From assembly GCA_008632985.1 (NCBI GenBank), contig QPGO01000002.1, positions 434,001 to 498,000 of the forward strand: a stretch of 64,000 bases of DNA, read 5' to 3'. Below are positions 55,130 to 64,000 of this stretch, piece by piece. This DNA is from Psammoneis japonica. Its lineage: Eukaryota. Made by a program: the position numbers and the translations under genes. The stretch's first letter is position 1. Each line of letters opens with the position of its first letter. Below the pieces are notes generated by a model. It worked only from the letters and a program-made list of their open reading frames with translations, was not told where the DNA came from and made no database searches.

Positions 55130-58100
55130 TCTCAGGTGAACAACAGCTGGCTGGCTGGCTGTGCTGTTCGACAGTCATGCTGTGTCATGGTCACCACAAA
55201 CTGCTGCCAACAGAGGAGCACCTCCATGACACAGTGCTCCCCCCCTCTCTCTTTTATGGGTTTGTCAAAGTTTTTGTTTTGATGTGGGAGTCTCAACAAT
55301 TGCCAAATTGGCTCTCATGTGCAAGCACACGACAAAAATCAGCAAAACAAAGGCCACAGCTCTTTTTGGTCGGCAAGGCTGCACTCTGGTGTGGTGCTTG
55401 AGAAGAGCCAGTTGTGCCATCTCAAGATGGCTGCATTGTGGCCAGGCTGTGAGAGCATCAGTGTGTCACACAGACCCAGCTTGGGAGCCTCAATGCTGAT
55501 TTCTCAGCATCGAAATGACAAGAGAGAAAAAACCCAAGAGGGAGAAGTCGTTGGTCATTTTTGACATGTTCTGGTCAACAAATCCTTGCAAAATTTTCAC
55601 CACAATCAGACCCATCATGACAAAAACTTGCCCCATGTTGCTGCTCTTGCGCCGAGCCAGCAATCACCTCACTTGCCTCATGTTTGTTTGTCTTTGTGTC
55701 AGGTCTTCCACATTTTTCATTTCATTGCAGTTTTTGCAGGTCAACTTTTCTTGACAACTTTTGGTCAGTTGGGTCCCACAATGGTGCCAGCACCATTGGA
55801 CATCCACTGGAATGAACACAACCCATGCTGCTGCTCTTGCAAAAAACAAGACAGTGCCCCAGATGTCTCACGCTTGTCTTTTTGTTGCAGCTGCCCACAT
55901 TTTTCATTTTGTGCCAACATTCTTCATTTTTCCCCACTCAACTCCCTTGAATTGTTCACACAAGTCCTGTCACTGAACAAACACACAGGCTGCTTCAAAG
56001 CTGCACTCTTTTTTGAAAAATTGAGGTGGCCAGTGACTCATGCAACCTGGCAACAATGAGTCACTTTTCAACCCAACAAAACTGAGCAGTTTTGCAAAAA
56101 GGATTTTTGTTTTGGGGCCATTTCTGAGAACAAAAATCTGGACTGGACAGTGCAAACATGTGCAGGGTTTGCCTCTTTTTCTGCAGGAGGTAACCATTGG
56201 TTTTTCACTGCAGAGTTCATGCGCGGAACTCTGCAGGCCCAATGTCACATGCCCCCCCTGGGCTCCAACATCTGTCTGCTCTCGACCTCCTCCTGGTTCC
56301 ACAGCACCCTTTGCAAGTGGTCCCTTGTGATGTGGGTGTGGGTGATGTGTGATGACATCATCACATGCATTGAGTTGGATGCATTCATGCGCTGGCAAAC
56401 ATGCATGTGTCATTGAGCAAAAACTCCCATCCACAGCACCCCCAAATCTTGAGTCACCTGGAACCAACTGCACAGCTGAAGACACTTTTGGGCCATTTCC
56501 ACACCACAAAATAAGCACACATCAACTTGACTCATCCATGATGATGTCTTGTGATTCTTCCTCAATGCCTTTGCAGGACACCATTCCTGCACTGTTGCAA
56601 ATGACACTGGTGCAACAGGTGACATCATCAACTCTGTTCTGAATGGCCTGATGCATGCAAAACAAGATGCTGCCAACTCACACTGTCATTTCCTTGCCAA
56701 ACTGCCTCCCACAGATGCTGTCACAAATGCCAATGCTGTCCCTGCATTTTTTTGACTGACATGCCCAGTGCCATTGCTCACACCCTCAGTGCAACAGGTG
56801 CTGTTGATGCTGTTGTTGACTTGTGCCAACGACATCTGCAACTAAATGGCGCCAACTCCTCACACTGTTTTTTGTTCTCACTCCTTTGCCTCTCACAGGC
56901 ACAGTCACAAATGCCACAATGCTGACACCCCCCCCATCACCCCAACCCCTCCCAACGCTGCCACACCCTGCACAGATGGCAACCCACTTGCTCCAGCAGG
57001 CAGGATGGCATCCCTTGGTTACATTTCTCACAGTGCAGAAGACATGACCAAGCTCTTGGCACCGCTCAAGATGCCATTTTCCAAGGCAAGCCAGGCATTG
57101 GGTGCATGCCGCTGCGAACACTCTTGGTGTCTTTGTTGACACCAGTTGCTGACATTGGAGACGTGATCATGACTGAGACTTTGCCAGTGCATCCCCAACT
57201 GTGGAGGAATGGAATGAGCACTTGGCAGATTTGCACAAGCAGTCCAGTGTGCATTGATTGTCTCATTGTGCTTTTTTGGCCAAGGAGTGCAATCCCCGAA
57301 TGCCTTGGACAGTTGTGAGTTGGTGAGGGTGTCAGATGACTCCATGTCGGGTTCTTGACCAGCTGAGTTTGTCGACTCTGAGCATTCTTCAAACAAGATT
57401 CTAACCAAGGATTTAGTCGAGAAGAGGAATCACATTCTGTGGACTCTGCAAGCACCTCGGTGTGCCATCTGAGTTGAAATTGTGCGCAGGACATCAGATG
57501 TTGAACTCTAAAAAGATGCTCTTCAATGCAAAAGGCGAGGTCTGCGAATTGTGCTGCCAACCCACCTTCTGCTCCTGGAGAGCAACAGTTGAAGCTAGAA
57601 GCAGTCTTGTGCTGCAACAACAGGTGCTGCAGACCAAAATGTGCAACAGCGCAAGTGTCAAAATGGAGAAAAAAAGTGCAATGTTGAGAAGCACATCCTT
57701 TTGGGTCTCATGGCACCAACTTCTGTCCAAACATTTCACAAGGTGTGAATGACAAGGCCTCAGACAAACAACTGTGACAGCCAATGGCATTGACAGTGGT
57801 GAACAAGGAAGAGAACATGTGAGTTTTCCCACAGTTTGGAGGCTCATGGACACACAGCACTGGGCAGAGACCTGCCACCAAAAGGCTTGGCAACTTTGCA
57901 CAGTTCTTTGTGGCTGTTGAAAAGCTCTTCACAGCCATTTTCCAAACCCCTGCAACATCGCAAACAAGGGATTTGGTGCCACCAATGGGTCGGAGCGACA
58001 AGCAAGAAAGAATGGGTGTTTTGGTTCTGTGTTGATGCAAGGATGCCAAACCCTGTGTCTTGCTGCCAAGCATGAGGACGCTTGCCAAAGACATCAACAG

Positions 58101-60020
58101 AGACACCAACAAAGGAGTTGTGGATGGCATTGACCGGCAGTGCAGGGTTGGTGTTGACAGCATCTGTGGGAGGTGGTGGTGCAAGAATGGAAAACAGTGT
58201 CAGTTGGTGCCATTTAATTGTGGGTGTCATTGGTGCAAGACAATGACAGCATCAACAGTGCCTGTGACAGCAATGGCAGGAGTGACAGCATCGAGTGTGC
58301 TGGTGGAGTCAAACGCAGGTGCGGCATTGGCATTCGTGACATCATCTGTTGGAGGCAGTGCAGCGTGGAAACAAAAGTGTCAGTTTGCAGCAATTGACTG
58401 TGGATGTCATTGGCACAAGACAACAACAGTGTCAACAGCACCTGTTGTGCTCAGGGCATGAGCAACAGTGTCGGCATGACAGTCAAAAGAAACACAGGGA
58501 CGGCGTTGGCATTCATGACAGCATCTGTGGGAGGCAGTGGAGCATGGAAATGACAGTGTCAGTTTGTGGCATCTCACCTTGCATGTGTCAGGCCATTCAG
58601 AACAGAAGCAATGACATCACCTGTTGCACCAGTGTTGTTGTCAACAGTGTTGGCAGGAACGGTGTCCTGGGAAGGCATTGGGGAAGAGTCGCAAGGCACC
58701 ATCATGGTCGAGTCGAGTTGACGCTTGCTTTTTTCGTGGTTGCAAGAAAGGTCAAGAAGTGTCTTCACCTGTGGTCTCCAGGGGACTCAAGATTCAGGGG
58801 AGAATGTGGTTTGGGATTTTTCCTGTCACTGTTGGCATTTGTGCACAAAAGCAAAATTAAGTGACATGTCAACACACACAAAATTCATGATGTGAACATT
58901 GCATCACCATGACATCAAAACCACATTTTCCACTTGCAAAGGGGTGGTTCCACAGCTGAATCCTTGCCCACCTGTGCCAAATCCCAACAGCTCAGATGAC
59001 TGCCAGGCTGTGGCCCCGCACCAAGTGATTTGCCAGTGGCCTGGACCAAGTGCAGCTGCTGCACCATGCAAAAGTCTTGTCCTCTTTCCCTCGGTGTTTG
59101 AGTGAGAAACGCTGCACTCAAAACAGGAACAATTCAAGTGCCATCTATCCGGCAGTGCAGCAGCTCCCTGGAATGTGTGATTTTGTGCACAAAGATGGCA
59201 CAGACAGAAAATTGGGAGAAAGCGGTGGGGGGCGAGTGCTGCGGCAAGTGCCAAAGCCATTTCTGGACGGCAGAGCAGCTGTGGCCAACAAAGTGCAGGA
59301 TGCACCCAGTGATGGCAAGCTCCTCACAATCCCTTCCCTGACTCTTGGGCACAATGCAACAGATCAAGGAGAAACTTGTAAAACTTCTCAAAGCCCGTGT
59401 TTGTGTGGAAGCACCCAGTTTTTGTGCACTGTGAGAGGGCCGCCGGCCAGTCGCTGCCAATGGGGCAACAGTTGCGCAAGCAATCTTGCACATTTTGTTG
59501 GGCAAAATGGAGTGCTTGAGTGTGTGGTGGTGTGTTTCCAAAGTGGGCCATTGGCACACTTCTTGTTGAAAGGGCCCTTGCTCGAAATGTCGCACTCACC
59601 ACGCAGATGCCAGCCGGAACAAACTTGCTGCACACAGCCCCCACAGAACACAATCACACTTTGCCAGAAAAGCATCAGGAGAAGCTGTTGTCTGACAACT
59701 CTTCACCTGCAGAGCGTGATGCGCCACAAACGAGCCATTCAACTTCAGCATTTCTGCCTGGGAATGAGAGGTGCAAAAAAGTGTGAGATGCGTCATTGTT
59801 GGGACACGACCCGCGACCCGTGACGCGACGATACGAGCGACTGACTCGTCGATGCCTGCTGTGCGTCCTGCGTGCGAGACGCGCCACGGCCATGGCGGAT
59901 GGCGGCGGGCGCTGGCGCATGTTCAATTTGCTATTGCGGTGATGGCAGAAAGTGATGTTTGATGTTCTTTGTGCCACTTCGCACTCCGAACACACCCAGC
60001 ATGAAACAAAGATCAGCTGT
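55130..60020. other. TpA/CpG-depleted hypermutated domain 4
   Basis: Same signature, between the divergent AIM24 and SET-protein starts. CpG reappears from ~59800 but TA stays rare until ~60030. Confidence 0.88.
56439..58800. repeat. Diverged ~450-bp inverted repeat (56439-56890 vs ~58340-58800); right arm overlaps ~180-bp tandem units
   Basis: AATCTTGAGTC.CCTGGA, ACACTGGTGCAACAGGTGA, CTGTTCTGAATGGCCTGA and CTGCCTCCCACAGATGCTGTCA occur in both orientations. GACAGCATCTGTGGGAGG-like units at 58156, 58338, 58517. Confidence 0.8.
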
Positions 60021-60031
60021 GTGTGCCAACT

Positions 60032-61792
60032 ATGCAATGCGGCATGATTCTGGCGGTGTTATTCTCGTTCTGGTCTCAAATTACACATGCGACTGCTTCC
60101 GAGCAATGCGGATTGTACTTGGCTCCTTCGTCCATTCCCAACGCGGGTCTCGGCGTTTTTGCAGGCCACAAATCTTTTAAACGCCATGATCTGGTTGTCG
60201 ACGGCGACTTGGCAGTGCCGCTCTACGACATGCCCCACCAAGACGCTTATCCGTTTCTTCTACAGGGCACTTACACGTGGGAATCAGATGATATCTTTCC
60301 ACACCTTCTAGAAGAAGAAGACGAAGTCAGGTATGCGGTAGCATTTGGCGTGGGTGCCGCGATAAATTGCATGTTTGGATTAAACAATGTCAAAGGCACT
60401 GTGGCTGCGTCGGATAATGCCGGATTGCATCGCTCCAAGGATCCAGGAGTGGGAGCCTTTACCCCCTATCATGATCGTAAAATTTACGCCGATACAGATA
60501 TTCCCCCTGGTATGGAACTGTTTACGAATGGGGGTGAGCAATACGTTATAGAACGTGCCGACGAGTTTGGTCACTACATTCCCTTTGAACGACATTTTGT
60601 GCAAGCCGATGCCGTCATTCAAAAATTCGTCAATTTAACCAAGAATGCAATCTTGTGGACTGCTACTGAGGAAAAGGCCGAGTCGACACGACGTTTCAGT
60701 GCCCTCTGGAACATCATTGCTGGTATGAAACACGGAGTTGGATCAGAATCAAGACTCATTCACGCATTGCCGGATTCGTATTCTTCTGTGGAACACATTG
60801 CCGAGATTGGCACGGCTCTAACGTACTACAATAGATCCATTCGTTCCCTGGAATGGCTCGACGAGCATGGCAAGTGCGCCGATAACATTCGACCCGGACC
60901 ATCCACCATTCCACAAGCGGGCCGTGGTGCCTTTGCCGCACACTTTATACCAAAGGGTGGCTTGGTGGCTCCAGCTCCCTTGATTCAGATTCCCAATCGG
61001 TCCATTTTGGACATTTATGAAGATGATGAGAAGCACGAGAAAGTGGTTCATCAGCAACTATTGCTAAACTACTGCTTTGGACACGCCAACTCATCGCTGT
61101 TGCTCGTTCCCTATGGGATATTTACAAGTCTCATTAATCACTCGTCTCAAAGGCCAAATGCAAAGATCCAATGGTCTGACAGCCAGACCCATGCTGAATG
61201 GATGAACATGTCCGTCACATCCTTGAACGACTACTATCATACCGGATTGGCTTTTGATTTTGTGGCGTTGCGGGATATCGACAAGAACGAAGAAATACTC
61301 ATCGACTATGGATCTGACTGGGAAGAGGCATGGAGTAATCATATCAAGACGTTTGTTCCCGCCAGGGATTCTATTCGATACCAGGCTGGATTTGAATTGA
61401 ATGAGGATCTTGACAGTATATTTTGGCCATACGACCAATTTCCATACTACTCGCCGAATCTCACAGTTTGGATGCATGGTATCTATCTAGAATACAACAG
61501 CGGAACAAAGGCGTCTAAACAACAAGTTGACAATTGCATGGTACGAATCGTTGGACATTATTTTGTTCGCGGACAAGTCTTGTACAATGTGGAAGTCATT
61601 GAGAGGATCTTGGACAACGAGACACACGAAACAAGAGAAATTTTCAAACACGTGGTGTTTGGCGTGCCTCGTGATGCCATATTATTTGAAGACAAACTCT
61701 ACACCCGGGATCATGAAGTGCATTCGGCGTTTCGACATACAATGATGATCCCAGATGACATGATGCCGACGGCGTGGAAGAATTTGAATTGA
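60032..61792 (+). CDS. Secreted diatom-type double SET-domain protein (BacSET-like)
   Basis: Signal peptide; CGLYLAPSSIPNAGLGVFAG...GAAINC...DIPPGMELF; STIPQAGRGAFA...LINHS...ALRDIDKNEEILIDYG. Confidence 0.88.
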   Translation: MQCGMILAVLFSFWSQITHATASEQCGLYLAPSSIPNAGLGVFAGHKSFKRHDLVVDGDLAVPLYDMPHQDAYPFLLQGTYTWESDDIFPHLLEEEDEVRYAVAFGVGAAINCMFGLNNVKGTVAASDNAGLHRSKDPGVGAFTPYHDRKIYADTDIPPGMELFTNGGEQYVIERADEFGHYIPFERHFVQADAVIQKFVNLTKNAILWTATEEKAESTRRFSALWNIIAGMKHGVGSESRLIHALPDSYSSVEHIAEIGTALTYYNRSIRSLEWLDEHGKCADNIRPGPSTIPQAGRGAFAAHFIPKGGLVAPAPLIQIPNRSILDIYEDDEKHEKVVHQQLLLNYCFGHANSSLLLVPYGIFTSLINHSSQRPNAKIQWSDSQTHAEWMNMSVTSLNDYYHTGLAFDFVALRDIDKNEEILIDYGSDWEEAWSNHIKTFVPARDSIRYQAGFELNEDLDSIFWPYDQFPYYSPNLTVWMHGIYLEYNSGTKASKQQVDNCMVRIVGHYFVRGQVLYNVEVIERILDNETHETREIFKHVVFGVPRDAILFEDKLYTRDHEVHSAFRHTMMIPDDMMPTAWKNLN

Positions 61793-62911
61793 AACGAATA
61801 GATGTAACTTGGCAGTTTCTTAAGTGAGACGGCCGTGCTCTTGCGGACGGACAGTCGCTGTTTTTGTACACCGTAGCATCAGAGAACTGTCACTGACTTC
61901 CTAGCGACAAAAGGTTTACGGCAGAGTACAAGAATTAGAGCGCGTGGCATTGCACCAGTCCACAGCACGTAGCTGTGCGTGCGATTTCCATGTGTCTTGC
62001 GGGGCCCAACGGAACGTCGACTTAAAAAAAACTATTCTAGGTTCGGGGAAAGCAGCTACTGCCAAACGACTGAAAGCAACAGTAAGGAAGTAGAGACGGG
62101 GGAGGACCCTCACAGTATACTTCACTAAGGATTCGAATGGTGTCCTGTCTCTCTTCTCATAGTTTGAATGTACGACTTTCTGTCGCGAGATGCACTCCGG
62201 CATCGCGCCGTACACAGCATTGTATATGGAAAGTAGCCTTGGTAGTACTGTTTCAGAGAAGTCGAGGTGACAGTTTTCTTCCAGACTAAACGTAAGCTCA
62301 ATGAAAAAGGAACAATCCTCCGCACTGTTCTCTTCATCAGATCGGAGCTACAGGAGAAATGATGACTCCATTTCCAATCTCCATCTGGATGGAATTGCAG
62401 TCAAATGTTACCTCCACCTTGTGCGACTTATACGCCGCTGTATCGACTGCGACATGTGAACTGGACGCAACAAGATGAGGAAACATTTCTCCAGTATTTC
62501 CACTTTCTCCTATCCTCGGTTCTCTCGGTTTTTTGTAATTATCTTATATACCCGTCGTGATCGAACCTGCAAGCCAGTCGACAAGAATGCTTTGCTGCAG
62601 ATTCATGACAGTCTCGACTGGACATAGCATTCCGTTGGGAACTTTCCTGCTTCATCGTAACGTCATGATAACATGTGGCCTTTCTCCTTTTCTAGCCTGT
62701 GTGCATGAGGAACGACTCCATCACAGTTGCTGACGAAAAATGCTGCGCCAGTCGGACCTCATCTTCCCGCTTTCATCCTTAGCACGTCCAAAAAAGAGAG
62801 GTCAAAATGAGATTGGGGAGTTTAGAAGTTCGATGAAGGAAGAATCCCAAATTGTTCATCAAATTTTCATTGTCTTATGCGGCGCAAAAAAGGAGAGCGA
62901 TAAGGAAAGAA

Positions 62912-64000
62912 TCAAATATCAATGGAGGCTGGTACTTCTGAAGGATGTAGATAGCGATAGACCGGTTTCCCTCGGAGCCTTTTCCACTTGTTTCGCCTAT
63001 CGATTCGCTTCCCAATAATTGCAAGCCTTCTCTTGAAATCGTCATACGATCTTGTTCCGACACCTTTGTCAAATTCTCCATCAAGATTGTCAATGCAATG
63101 CCCGGTTTGAAAGGTGAGCGTGTGTACTGTGGAAATCGTTTCTTCCGCATATGGTACGCTTGGCATCGTCGCGTTAAACAAATCATGGCGAGTGATTCGA
63201 CCGATTTCAGCTTTCGTGGGAAGATCCCCGCGTATGTGCAGGGGCTTGTTGGGGACATAAGCAAAGAACTGAAGAAAAAGCACGAGTACAACACCAAAAA
63301 ATGCTTGAGCATAGAAAATGTTTTCAGTTTTAACCGAAAACAAGCGAATCTCACCTCATACTGTGGAAAGTTCAATGCTGCATGCAGCCCACCCGTCATC
63401 CAGCTTAGCGTTTGCAACACTTTCGCAACACTTTCTTTGTTTTCGAACCGAGACGGAAAGCCGGGAACGGCGCCTCGATCGGGCGCGACCGTCTCCTGAG
63501 CCCATTCCTGCAAGTCTTTATCTACCCGGACAGCAGCATCAGAACTATACACTTCGTTAACAAAGTCAGTCGCAAACTTGCCATATGTATCCCAGAGCTC
63601 CAATCCGTCCTCGCGATAAAAGTAGTTGGGCATGTCAAAGGACTGGTCAAAACCACGTTGCTCCAATTCGTGAGGTAAACCCGATGAGTTGAAGAAATCG
63701 TATCGGGACCAGTAAAGCGAAATCAACTGAACAAACTGCCCTGTACCAACTGAAGTCATGTAATCACCAAAGCTGTTGTCAGCAAACTTGGCCAATGTTT
63801 GTCTCGCTGCCCCTGTGATGCGGCGTGCACAATTGCCGCAGAGTCAACAGGATGAGGAAAGAAACCAACCAATCCGGTCACGCCTTATTACATTCATTGA
63901 CCTACTTACAATTGAGAAGAAGAGTGTCTTTGCATATCGGCTTGAGATACCTATACAACGGATGTTTCTTTTGCTTCAAAGTGTTGTGAATGGCAATAAT
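62912..64000 (-). CDS. LOX: Lipoxygenase, 3' part (runs off the window; introns 63813-63909 and 63269-63354)
   Basis: HPLYRYLKP...LNWAARQTL, YREDG, LHAALNFPQYE (iron ligands) and C-terminal PASIDI. GT-AG introns restore the frame. Confidence 0.92.

Noticed and set aside
61900..62800. Short ORFs between the SET and lipoxygenase genes
   Set aside because: No motif support; treated as intergenic.

Overview
Eukaryotic genomic DNA, almost certainly from a diatom. This is inferred from a CoDi-type copia element, a cingulin/silaffin-like RXL protein, diatom-type secreted SET proteins and short GT-AG introns. The window alternates between normal gene islands and four sharply bounded domains (~1-18.8, ~27.0-34.95, ~46.35-51.06, ~55.1-60.0 kb) in which TpA, and in older parts CpG, is almost absent while TG/CA is enriched. 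Genes in the islands: Gly/Tyr/Lys-rich cingulin-like protein, tandem-SET methyltransferase, bestrophin, two paralogous secreted proteins, NOC2, a protein with duplicated winged-helix-like domains, a fucosyltransferase-like protein, a sirtuin, AIM24, a diatom SET protein and a partial lipoxygenase. The main finding is an apparent domain-restricted TpA->TpG/CpA hypermutation, the reverse of fungal RIP. By manual alignment the two LTRs of one copia insertion differ at 14 of 276 sites: 12 are TA->TG/CA and 2 are CG->TG, all lost from the same LTR. Conserved Tyr codons in transposons and in a host pseudogene read Cys or His. Also notable: a TIR-bounded Harbinger/ISL2EU-like element whose DDE transposase appears split between two convergent reading units, one carrying an XPG/FEN1 nuclease and a SWIM finger. 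All counts are manual; no database searches were run.
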